From NCBI GenBank assembly GCA_964199315.1, contig OZ116700.1, forward strand, positions 16,864,001-16,928,000: a DNA stretch of 64,000 nt, in the 5' to 3' direction. Below, piece by piece: positions 15,601-26,792 of this stretch. The notes below the pieces were generated by a model that ran no database searches, was not told the DNA's origin, and saw nothing but the letters and a program-made list of their open reading frames with translations. Made by a program: the position numbers and the translations under genes. Position 1 is the stretch's first letter. Each line of letters starts with the position of its first letter. The stretch comes from Orbicella franksi (taxonomy: Eukaryota).

Positions 15601-17794
15601 TCATGGTAGGTGGATTGACAGTGTTTGGAAATCGCGCTCTTACGCTGGCGCTTTGAAAGAAAACCCCATCAACCTATACATTTTCTGGAAGCTTAATAGT
15701 TATAGAACACAATCATATCTTTGAAATTTTCTAAAAAGTTATTGTCGCAGTGATATTAAAAGAAATACTCAGAAACACTGCTTCGCTTAAACTGGTTCGC
15801 TTCCGTGCGTGAATTATTGGAACGGCGTGATTTACATCGGAAATGTTTCCTCACACATCACCCTCAAAAATCGTGTCTGAGATTTTCCAGATGTGGTTTG
15901 GTTTTTTTCTACACCCTCCTAAACTTTGATATTTTTAATGCAGACATTTCCATCTACAAAAGAGGCCATAACTTTGAAATGGAAGCAAAATTAAACAAAG
16001 CCTGACACGGTTTTCGAAGGAGGTATCCTAGAACATACCTGCAGTTTTTCAGCCAATTCCATCGGAAGACGCGCGTAAACGAACTAAAAATGTTTATACT
16101 TACATGCAATTTTATTTTATCGAGAAAAACACAAAAAACCTTTTATGAGATTTGTATGAATAGGTGTTAAAAATCCCCTCCGCAATGACAGATGTCGGCA
16201 TGGGTCAGTTTACCACAACAATGGGTTATGACAACTTGAAATAAACAGACGACTAATATTCTGGCACGGAAACCCGCGTCGCAGTGAAGTCGTCCGAGAA
16301 GGGACAAACTACAAGTTAAACTGCCGTGATCTTTTACTTAAAAGATTTCATCGGCGGCATTGGTGTTATGTTGCTTAAGTTTAGGCTCCTTCGTTCTCCA
16401 GACATTTTTTGAAACCATGCCTCGTGAAGCCAAAAAGCATGAAAAAGAGGAAATCTCAAGGTCTACATTGTCAACATCTATATCTGCGCTTGACTCTCTC
16501 GTTGTGGAAGTTTTGGAATTGCGTCCGCTCTACAACAATTTCGTGCGACTAGCACTTGTTGTATTTTGTCCTTTAGCTTCATTGACGGGACTAGTGTCCT
16601 CGAGTTTCTTTCAACCATTCTTCTTGGTTACAGTGCGACCCACAGTTGCTCAGAGCCAAAGATCTTGTTCAACGCTGAACCTGTGGGTTTCACCAGATTT
16701 TCGCCTCTTCGGCCTCTTTGAAGATGAAAATGGGCAAGAATTTTTCGCCCTGACATAAAGAAAATTTGACAAGAACGAAAGCCAACTTGCAATGAAACAA
16801 CCAGATCAAGAACAGTTCGCGTGCACATATGAAATATCACACCACAATTCACGTTACTTGTGACAACTGGTGGTGAATTTTAATTAGAGGTGTCAACGTG
16901 CTGTAAGGGGTTGATAATATTCAAAAATAGTTTTTTTGCTTTAACTTAAAAAGTAAAAAAGCCCTTTCTCCCATTCTTTTTGCAAAATATTTATCTCAGT
17001 CTTCTCAATTTGAACAGCCAAAAAAAGATTTTTCGCATTTTTCGTAAAAATCCACCTACCATGATACCTTAATAGTATATCATTTTGACTTAATCATGGT
17101 ATTCTCCTCCACTCCCCGTGGAGCATAGGATGAGGTCCATTGAAGCCACCAGAAATATATAATTTTAACAAGTCAAAACGTTTAGAACATAACTTGACAC
17201 ACATCGCTTACTTACAAAAAAAGAATTATTTTTTTACATACTTGTAAAGAAGTGTACTCCCTCCTTGGTACAACTTGTTGATAGTAACTGCACTAGCTTC
17301 TTCAAGCAGCTCTTTCACTCTTGGTAAATCACCAACCGTACAAAAGCGATAAAGTTCTGGGAAAATGCAAAACAAAAAACAAACAAAAAAACAAAAAAAA
17401 CAAGACAATAAAATACACTTTTGGTCAAGAACGGATGTCCATTTGGCAACACCTGAGTCAGAAAGAAGCCACTTTTATGAAAAACAGATTGAAACAGCTT
17501 GTTAAGTCTGTTTGGGGGTAATATGGGTCTTATGTTCTTTTTTGCAAGTTTAAGGATCTTGCCTTTGTCTTTGAATGTAAACTTGGAAAAAAGGGAAGTC
17601 ACATCCCCCAGTATGGTGCCGAATAGCTGTACACACCTTGAGATACTTCTTCTTCCCTCGTAGCTCTTCTGATACCTACAAAATATCAGGGAACCTGTTA
17701 GCTGTTAGGTATTACACACACAATATCAATGCTTTGTATTCAGAAGCCTAACAGTGCTAATAATGGTGCTAAATACATTTGACACTTAAATAAA

Positions 17795-17839
<45 letters not shown>

Positions 17840-20004
17840 CTGCTTATCATAAACACTTCAAGCATTGACTAGACGATTGGAAAACTGTTAAATGGAATGC
17901 ATAAACTGCTCATCACAGACTTGAAAAGAAACACCTACAAAGGTATTACCAATAATTTACAAGTATATTGCAATTCATACACTCTCATAATCACATATTA
18001 GCATATTACAGTACATTCCACCAGGTTTTAAGTGTTTTGAGGGTGTGATTCAAAATTTATTTTTCCTTCTGAAGGGTACTAGCCCAATTTTGCCTTGCTC
18101 ACCTGTTTACTTAAACTGACCACTGGTGTCAGGAAGCCGAAGGGCTATGTGGCAAGTGCACTTCCCAGACAAATAAATAAATATCACTGAAGACTTTGTG
18201 GGGCCCAACCAGCCTTTAGCCTCAAATAGGCTAAAAGGAATATCAGTAGTACAAATAAAATGTAAACTAACAATGAACATTTGAGTTTGAACATCCTACA
18301 ACTAAGTAGCATGGTACCAAATGGTGTGTGCATAAAATCTGTTTAATTCACAACAAAGGAATTTGACCTTACTGGCAGACTTTTGACTCATGTTTAAATT
18401 GACAAGACTTTGAACTATCTTTCAAAGAATGATCAAAAAGGAGAGAGAACATCTCGGATTCAAAACATGGAGGGAGGCAGAGGTTGCAGCAAACTTTGAG
18501 GAGATGGATTGAGAGCCTCAACCTCCATGAGAAGAGAAGGGAAAGATGATGATAATGAACTATCTTTCACTGATGATCTGCAAAACATTAAGAGATCATA
18601 AATAGCAACATACCTTCGACAGTCTTTAGGTAATCCCCACATTCATATTCATGCGCTTCATATGCTACCTCCATGGCTGTCTTGCCTTCCTTGTTCTTGA
18701 TATCTATACTTGCACCCGCATCAACGAGGACTTTGAGACAACGGCGGTGACCATTACGAGCAGCATGATGAAGGGCAGTCTGTCAATCAAACAAAAACTA
18801 AACCTTTTAATAAGTGTTATCTAAGAGTAGCCATATGATATTTATAAACTTCAGAATGTACCTATAGCTATATGTATGGCACAGTTTTCAACTGAGTGTC
18901 ATAAAACCAAAACCAAAGTAATCACTCTAGCCAGTCAGAGGACACAGACAATACAGTGAATCAATCAAAACTTGAGGTAATTACATGTAGCCGATGCAAA
19001 GTGCCGGAAAATGAGTGCCAGTGAGTCAAGATTGGTTTAGATTTTTTTCTGACTGGATGAAAAAGGGGCACAAGGTTTTTAACCCAGTCATGTGGCTTAG
19101 CTGATGCAAAACCAATTCCTTTTTGATGCTCAAATGGAAACTGTCAATCACATTGAGACAAAGTGAGATAATTAGGTAAAAAACAAAACAAAACAAGGTT
19201 TGTCCCTAAACCTACAGAGCAGTTGTCCTCTTGAGAAGATTGCAAGTCTGCATCGCCTGTTGAAAATGAACAAAGTTCATGAAATGTCAGAAATTTTTCC
19301 ATTATCAATTACAAAATTATAACTACAGAATAATACCCTATTAAATTATATTTTAGCATTTTTAGGTGATATGTTATAATTAGCAGACAGTCATTTTTAA
19401 TTATTTAATTTTATTAATTAATTTATTTTCAATTTATTGGGTGTGTGTATAAAAGTCTACTGTAACCAAATTCACAATCACCCAATCAAAAGCCTTGTCT
19501 ACCATCCTGATATCCTGCAGTATCAACTCACTGTCCTTATATTATTGGCTAATTTATCATGGTCAAAGTGCTGAATTTGAGAAGGGTAAAATACCTAATT
19601 ATACCTTTCTTGGCAGCATATCAGGCTCATTTGGTCTTGCTATAGGTGCCATATTGTCTAATATGCTGCTGTTAAGCATACTAAAAACGTATTCATGATT
19701 AAGTGTAAATAATATTCAGCAGGAAGGATGATCACAAACATTTTCACATAAGACTTGCAAAGTTGAGAAATAGTTAAGAATCATGCCAATAATACTATTG
19801 TAAACATGTAAAATGGTAACACCAGAGTACCTTTCCAATCCAACAACTCTTTCAAACAATCCACACTGTCATGAAGTGCAGCAGTGTGTAGGGGTGTTAA
19901 CCCACGAGGATCTGGACTATTAGCCTCTCCGTGGACCCCTGCTTGAAGGAGAGACTTCAGGAGGTCACGTTGATCATAGATTGCTGCCTGATGTAACAGC
20001 TCCC
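659..20004 (-). CDS. LRRK1: Leucine-rich repeat Ser/Thr kinase (Roco family; ANK-LRR-ROC-COR portion; LRRK1-like / invertebrate Lrrk type); 3' part (kinase, WD40) lies outside the window, start codon not located
   Basis: 22 phase-compatible GT-AG exons (5'->3'): 19831-20004, 19216-19256, 18614-18779, 17637-17675, 17242-17356, 14967-15224, 13859-13996, 12300-12664, 10788-11559, 9149-10066, 8358-8527, 7348-7493, 6861-6983, 6098-6365, 5499-5628, 4833-4924, 4360-4482, 3882-4188, 3009-3220, 2262-2423, 1550-1939, 659-843. Ankyrin repeats (GLTPLHTAA, TALHHAARNG, GQTALHNAV), LRRs (LDLSANQITKIP), ROC P-loop GVANIGKTT, STVGVD, TWDFGGQREYYATHQCFLS, PVIIVGTHYD, COR motifs YFLDPQWLCDML and VEHMDTLITDWFPGL. 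Confidence 0.95.
1225..1524. repeat. GGAAATTTCC-rich interspersed repeat in LRRK intron
   Basis: Dense degenerate GAAATTTC/TTTCGGAAA motifs; the overlapping ORF 1156-1500 has no protein-like content. Boundaries approximate. Confidence 0.5.
5102..5390. mobile_element. Harbinger-like MITE, partial copy (same family as 40071-40451)
   Basis: Colinear similarity with 40071-40451 (CGATTAGGC..CCGTCCACAC, GTGGACGGAAAACATTTTGAAAACG, AATGACCGGTGATTG). Confidence 0.7.
7074..7146. repeat. Hairpin (inverted repeat) element
   Basis: GAGTCACCCGTATTTCTTGGTGTACACAC ... GTGTGTATACCAAGAAAATACAAGTGACTC: ~30-bp arms with a ~14-nt loop. Confidence 0.75.
15434..15476. repeat. (ATA)n microsatellite
   Basis: Direct reading of a tandem ATA run with one interruption. 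Confidence 0.9.
15597..17068. mobile_element. Non-autonomous TTAA-specific DNA transposon (Kolobok-like)
   Basis: Perfect 20-bp TIRs GGTATCATGGTAGGTGGATT / AATCCACCTACCATGATACC, flanked by TTAA at 15593-15596 and 17069-17072. 5'-GG termini fit Kolobok rather than piggyBac. Confidence 0.85.
17797..17838. repeat. (TTA)n microsatellite
   Basis: Direct reading of a tandem TTA run. Confidence 0.9.
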
Positions 20005-20822
20005 CTTGAAAAACAAATACTAGAGCAGCCATTTAAAGGAAGTGCAACACTTGATCTCTACAAAGAATGGATGAAGTTAGTGTTAGTAATTACCCCCTCT
20101 ACGCCCTGCCACTGGAGATCCAAAGACAATAAGTCCCACAGAGCTCATGTTTGGGACTCAAGCAGGGACAGAGGGTCACAAGAGGGAAAGAAACATTCAG
20201 GGCAAGAGTTGGGGAAGGAGGGATGAGCAGAAAGCAAAGCAGCTGAAAAAAGTGTGATGACAAACAAAGGTGAGCGATGAGGTGAGAAGCATAAATGGAA
20301 GGAAAGTGAAAAGGTTAATTGCTGAGTTCCAGAGAGGATTTCTGCCAATTTTAACTTGTCGCAGACTATAACATTTGTCCATTATGTTCCTGATCAAGGT
20401 GGTATTTGTTGGTCTATGTGAAGGGAGGCTGAACAAATGAAATTTAAAACCAAGACACAATAAAATCAATGACCGCCTGCTGAAAGAAAAAGTTAAAGGT
20501 CGCCAGTTTGCAGAAAGGCAAAATACTGCTAATTACATGTCAATGTTAAGTTCTTTCAGTCTAACTATCCTATTGTCTCAGGAAGCTGCAAAAAACACTG
20601 CTTTACTGGCCATATTGTTACTGATCCATTAACATAAATTTACCATCAGATGGTCTTTAAAGCTAATTTTATATGATCACTTAGAAATACAACACACAAT
20701 CATGGATGTGGCATGTCAAAAGCAAACAGTGAATAATTTATCCCCCCGATGAAAGTGAAGAATGATCATCGCAGTAATTTTTTTTTTTAAGCAAATGGAA
20801 AGAAGAAGCCTGAAAAAAATCA

Positions 20823-20823
<1 letters not shown>

Positions 20824-20854
<31 letters not shown>

Positions 20855-20895
20855 ACGATACCGGTGCGATGCTCTACCAACTGAGCTATGAAGCC
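20824..20895 (-). pseudogene. tRNA-like sequence (anticodon position GGT, Thr-like) inside the repeat
   Basis: GGCTTCA..TGAAGCC 7-bp acceptor stem, A-box TAGCTCAGTTGGTAGAGC, B-box GGTTCGAATCC, T-stem ACGGG/CCCGT. The anticodon stem is imperfect. Confidence 0.7.
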
Positions 20896-21054
20896 GCACA
20901 TTGGGAGCGAGGTCAATTAATTGAGTTCATATCTTCCCGTGAGGAGTGAAATGATGTGAAGTATATATGAAATCATTCATATTTGAATTATCACATCATT
21001 TCACTCCTCACGGGAAGATATGAACTCAATTAATTGACCTCACTCCCAATGTGC

Positions 21055-21131
21055 GGCTTCAGAGCTCAGTTGGTAGAGCATCGCACCGCACCACTATCGC
21101 GGAGGTCACGGGTTCAAATCCCGTTGAAGCC
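21055..21131 (+). pseudogene. tRNA-like sequence, degenerate mirror copy
   Basis: Same module with a 5-nt insertion in the anticodon arm and B-box GGTTCAAATCC. Confidence 0.65.
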
Positions 21132-23247
21132 CTGATTTTTTTCAGGCTTCTTCTTTCCATTTGCTTAAATTGGAAAATTTACTGCGATGATCAATCTTCA
21201 CTTTCATCTACAACCGCAGTTCAAATATGAATTATTTCATATATACTTCACAATTTATCCCCCCATTAACCTTCTTTAAAATGCCATATTCATGGCATCA
21301 TACTTCTTTTATAGCCTGACATAGCCAAAACATATGTAAATTATGCAAGAGATGCATAGTCGACAACTATTGTCACTCATGAGTACACAGAAAACACCCT
21401 TCTCCACTCATGAGCAAAGTTTATCCATATTGATCACTATATTTGATTAAAAATTTATCAGATTCCATTATGTATTAATTAAGATTGTATGCAATTAATT
21501 GAGGTTTTTCTAGAACTGATTACCATGACATACTTTACATACAATAAAACCATTCTTGCTTAAGAATAGAAATTCAGGGTTAAAAGTGTAAGTGAACTAA
21601 GTCAAGGGATTTTCTTTTTTGCTTCTCCAGTACCTGAGAAACATCAGTACCACAGATTATTTATTTTGCAATTTTATTTTTCGTCAATAAAATATTTATA
21701 AAAACCGGCCTGATGAAAATACCGTGGTCATATGCAAAACAAGCTTATGATAAAAACAAGGACAAAACGAAATTCAGTTCACTATTTGAGCATCCTTTCC
21801 AATTTGAACAAATATATTTTCATAATGGCATACTTTTGGCATTTTTTATGACCGTTTACATAGAGATATAGACATGAAAAATGAATTAAGCCTTATTCTA
21901 TATTATCCAGCATCGATTACTAGAACTTATAACTTTTGGAAATATAAGCAGTATTGGAAATATAAGCTCATGTAACTGTTCGACATCGCTCAATTCCTCT
22001 ACAAATCAGGTGTTGAGAAATTGTCATCCCAGGGAATAACCTGGGGATAACAAATGAAACAAAGCCCTCTGATTAAGAGATCAAAAATCTTTCGATATGA
22101 ATTTAAGGCTTAAAGAGAGTCGAAAAACGAAATAATCCCATTATTTGCATCGTGCAGCAGTCCGACTTTTTATTTTAGAATCGCAGTCGTGTTCGTCATT
22201 CAAATTACTTTGATAGTGCTACACACTGTCTTCAACAGTTCGCCAGTACAATTGGTTGAAAATAAAATTTCCATTATACGGTCGTTCGAGCCTCATCTTG
22301 ATTAGAAATTTCTCCTTGTTGAATGGGTTGAAATATTATGCATTAAAACGATCGAGTGTTATGTTTGTTTACGTATACACCTCGTGCGGACTGAAGATCG
22401 AGATGCCTATATCGGTATTTTGGCGACGGCTATAGTAAGGCATATAATTTTAGAATGCTAATGCATTGTCAAGAACACTGCTTTCCCAGATTATCGTGGA
22501 AGAAGCAAAATAAGTCTACTCACCTCTTATTTCAATAGGTGGGGAAATTAGACGTTAACAATCCACCGGGAAGTGAAATTTGCCTCGTTGACGGCATTTT
22601 TACGTCTTCGGTTATCTTTTTGGCGTCGGAGAATTATTCCACTATACAACAATATTACCAATGTCACTCGTGCGTGTTTCTGGGAGGCATTCTAGAGTCA
22701 AAATCAGCCCACTCGAACTGACAGAGAGCTTTCTTCGAAAAGACGGACATCAGCTAAATGTGAGCGAAGGTTGGGGATAGGAGAGCAAATTTCAACTTGG
22801 TAGGGGAGGCTGGTGTAGCGAGGCTCGCAATGCGAAAGCTCACAAGAAACTGAAATACTGTAACCTTTTTTCTAATACATGTATTCAAAACTTGGAAAAA
22901 AATATCCTACACTGACGCGAAAGAAACTAACATAAATGAAAATGACCGATTTATTGTCAAATCTCACATCTTCCGGCTAGCCCACCGGAAGGACTTCAAC
23001 AAAAAGGAGCTAAAAATAGTCGGAAGCACAAAGACTACATATACGGCGAAGTTGAATCAACCGCTATTCTAATTTGGACAGGATTTTTTTTCCACCGTGA
23101 TGTATCGACAATCATAAAACGTTTTTATGAAAAATATTCCGGTTCGATCACTGAAACATTCTGACTAGTTTCTGCCATTTGAGTCTGACTTCCGGTCTGT
23201 AAGAGGCCTCGCTTGCGCTGTGAGTCTTGTTCAAATATTCGGAAATT

Positions 23248-23463
23248 ATGGAAGACGAACTCTCTCGCTGGATTCAGGAAACTGTATTTGCTTCTTACAT
23301 GGAAGAATGCCAAATTTTTAACAGATTGGATAGCTCTTATGGCTATGATTACGATTTTTCCCAGGAATTTTCTGGCAACGATTTGTCGGCGAGGAAAAGG
23401 AAGCTCGCGTCGTGTGAAGATGTCGACACGGTTTCGGCGGGAAAACAAGCGAGGAACAGTTAA
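23248..23463 (+). CDS. Hypothetical 71-aa ORF or first exon of an unknown gene divergent from LRRK
   Basis: MEDELSRWIQETVFASYMEECQIF...SARKRKLASCEDVDTVSAGKQARNS; acidic with an NLS-like RKRK; lies in the CpG-richer region upstream of LRRK. No family recognised. Confidence 0.3.
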   Translation: MEDELSRWIQETVFASYMEECQIFNRLDSSYGYDYDFSQEFSGNDLSARKRKLASCEDVDTVSAGKQARNS

Positions 23464-24173
23464 ATCATGAAAGTCCTTTGCTAAGGCATTGTGGTTTCTT
23501 CAAACGATGAAGATTAGGAAATGCGTTCTAAAAGGAGTTTGCAGTTTGGAAACGACGGAAAAGTAAAGCTTGGGAACCCAGGTCAGAGTTGTGGATACCT
23601 CTTTTCAGAAATTTGACCTGACAATTCAACTGGGACCATTCCTTCTTCGTGAACGCGATTCTTTCTGAGATATTTTCTCCTGTGTAGACTGCAATGTGGC
23701 GCTTGAAATTTGTGCTCCAATTGTTTAATTTTGGTGGGAAATTACAAGAAGCAGCGGACCAAAAAAACTTAATGCCCCCGGCAGGCCGGAGGAATGGCAG
23801 CCATATTGCCAAGGCAACGCTCAAGCGACGTGCAAAGGTTCACGAAGAGTAAAACAATGTCAATAAGGTAGACGAGATATTCGTTTGTTTTTCGATCAAC
23901 TCCAACGTTATCCTGCGCCTTGGAGAAAAGCACTTTGTTGTCTTTTAAATCGGTTTCGTGTTCGTATTTCAGCCCAGTCTTCTACTTACTCAATATTCTG
24001 GTTTAGAGGAAAAATGGAGTTTTAAGCTTATATTATTGTTAGTAAATTTTTAAATTGATTAAGTTGCAATGACTTGAAGGAAACAAGGTGAATGGGTGGA
24101 TTTTCAACACTCATAAACAAGTCTTTTTAGATATTAAACTCAGGAGATAAAATATGGGAGGATCAATGATCAG

Positions 24174-24668
24174 CACCGTTAGCTGCTGCTTATAAGGTCC
24201 CCCCTGCTTATCAGCCCCCCCCCCCCCAGGGTTATAGGCCCATCTACCTGTAGATCAAAAAATACATCCGGTTACCCCCCAAATATAAGCCCAGCTCTAG
24301 CTTTCCTTGTTCTGAATTTGTTTTATTACGATGTTTTAAAGCTTATTACCGGCAAATGAAAAACACAGGGACTGGTAAAATATGTTCACTATAACGAAGT
24401 TTTGTTATTTCGGGGTACTTTTCCATATATTTAACTATTACTGGAGCAAAGTATACCATTTGTTATACTGAGGACTTCGTTAAATAGAGGTTCATTAAAC
24501 TGAGGTTCCACTGTATTCAGATCAATATGTGCAGCTGTAACTCGTTTTGAAACAGTTTTTTATTCTGGTTATAAGCCCCCTTAGAAATAAGCCCCTCCAT
24601 TTATAAGCCCATCTAAAACCCTTACAAAGTTGTATAACCTCAGGGCTTGTAAGCAGCAGTTTATGGTA
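24174..24668. mobile_element. Pogo/Tigger-like MITE with an internal second fragment
   Basis: Ends CACCGTTAGCTGCTGCTTATAAG ... CTTGTAAGCAGCAGTTTATGGTA are inverted repeats resembling TACCGTA-type termini. Confidence 0.65.
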
Positions 24669-26100
24669 TAATTTCTTTTTTCAGTCAGAAATTTGAAAGC
24701 CAGATAATTCAAGCCATCTCTCTTCAGAGTAATCTCTCACTCTGCAAGTAACTAAAGCAATACGAGACAGCTGAAATATATAATTGTCTTCATAAACTCT
24801 TCTTAATAATTCCAAAATGAACTTGCGAGCATGTGCTTGGAAAGCCTGCATAGCAGCAAGAGAGGAAGAAGGCTAAGACAGGTTAGTCCCTCATACAGGC
24901 CTTATTCCTAAGGTAATTCCTCTTGAGCTGTCTTTAGATCACTCCTGGCTTCAGACATCCCTAGAGGGTCTAGGACTACACAATGCTGTGATGCGAAATT
25001 TATTTATGTGGAGAGCCCAAGCAGCTTTTCATGCAATGTTCTCCACGAAAACAATGTCAGTGATCTGCGCAGTGCAGGTGCTAACATCCTTGGGGAGGAC
25101 TGAATACCACATGTGAAAATAACTTGGGAGGGATTACCTTAAGAATACAGAAGTGTAGCAGCTCTCGTAAGATTGTAATTCTTTTGCTTGTTAGCAGCTG
25201 TTGTTTTGGGGCTAGGGATAATATTTTTGTTGTTTGTTCCATTGTCCTCTCAAAAGGGTATCAAGCCATTAATGCAGGACCTTACGAGAGCTGCTAAGAG
25301 AAACCTATAAGGAGTATGAACTCTCTCACCCTTCATCCTCTTGTGGTAGCAGCCATTCAGATTTAACAGATGAAGAGACAGGAAGTTGAATTGGAGTGCA
25401 AAGCTTGGGGGCAGGGTGCAAAGAGCAATCATGAAGGGGACAGGAACACCTGCAGGGATGCTATTGCTTTCTTTATCATTTACATGCTCTACATGTATGT
25501 AAAAATCCTGAGTTGTCAGAAATATTTAAAAACTAATTTAAAATTTACCGTCCTGATTGGTCAGTTTTATGGCATACAAGTCAGGGGTTTCACAAATGTT
25601 TAACACAGGAGGCAAATAATCTTCACAGGTGGACAAAACTTTTTGAACTGAACTTCTTGATAAGAAAAACTTTCGTCCAGATGATAAACCAGGCAGGCAA
25701 AATCATCGTTACAGCCGGTCAATTTGCCTGGTGATTGGCCCTTAATGAAAGCCCTAACAAGTAGTTGTGCAATGTAATAATTATGTAATGCACTTTATGC
25801 TCTACCCTCGCCCTTCTTGCTTGAATAATTGGTCTTCCCCCATCTCTCTCTCTTTTGAAAAACTGCCACACATGTTAGAGCTTGGAGTGGCCCTGCACAC
25901 AAAGAGTGGGGCTGTTAGTTCTATTCGTATCCAAGGACTGCTTGTTTTGAACATGAGGAAATGGAAGTAGGAATGAGTCAGTTTGTACAAACGTCAAGTC
26001 TCCACACTAGGCTGATTAATTTGTGTTACACCCTACTGGGGATACTTCCTACTCCCTACCATTTTAGTATACATTATCACATGCTTACTGGAGAGAACAT

Positions 26101-26134
26101 AATGATGACGATGATGATGATGATGATGATGATG
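26101..26134. repeat. (GAT)n microsatellite
   Basis: Direct reading. Confidence 0.85.
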
Positions 26135-26792
26135 GTAAAACTTTATTGATGTGTAGATAATGTGTAGCCAGGCTTTTAGCCAGAATTTGAAAAGTGGGCA
26201 TCCAAAATGTGCTTAGGGCCTGCTTAAAGGAACAATTTATAAGGCAGCATATGAAAAATAAAATCATTTTCTTTAATAAGTGGCCGTCCACAGGATGCCG
26301 ATCTAGCTAACAGTTTGTGTGTAGCTGAGGGGAATAGTCCTACTAATTTTTGTGGACATCTAAAAGCTGGCCAGAAAGACAAGTCTTCCATTCAAGTTTT
26401 AACACTAAGATGTTTGAATAAATTTGACAGCCTCCAAATTTAACTGTTTCTCTACACATGACCCAAATATTGACCCAAATATTCAAATGTGGCAAAGCAT
26501 AACAAAACAACTGCCTTGGTCAGAGAAGCATTATTTTAATCAGGAACACTCACTAATGTACAAATGCAACTTATCAACCATATAACTTTCCTAGCCATTG
26601 CAATTTTCAGATGGTGATTTTATTTTTGCATTTGTCCTAGTGGTGATTTTTATTTACAGTACGTAACACACTTAAATGGCAAACACCACACATTTATATT
26701 GCCTGGATTCTAATCAAATCACCTTGACAATGGTGGCAGTTTTCCACGTTCTTCTGAGTTTGAAACAGTAAATTTATAATATTTGTATAAGT

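Larger units (their letters stand above)
20748..21251. mobile_element. Palindromic tRNA-derived retro-insertion (inverted plus direct unit) with 13-bp TSD
   Basis: AATTTATCCCCCC duplicated at 20735-20747 and 21252-21264. 20748-20987 is the reverse complement of the unit at 20991-21251. Each arm holds a tRNA-like module. Confidence 0.88.

Noticed and set aside
16360-16758. 132-aa plus-strand ORF
   Set aside because: Lies inside the TTAA transposon, opposite a decayed minus-strand frame; no ATG start or motif.
20824-21131. Functional tRNA-Thr genes
   Set aside because: Imperfect anticodon stem, GGT anticodon atypical for eukaryotic Thr, and embedded in a TSD-flanked palindromic repeat.
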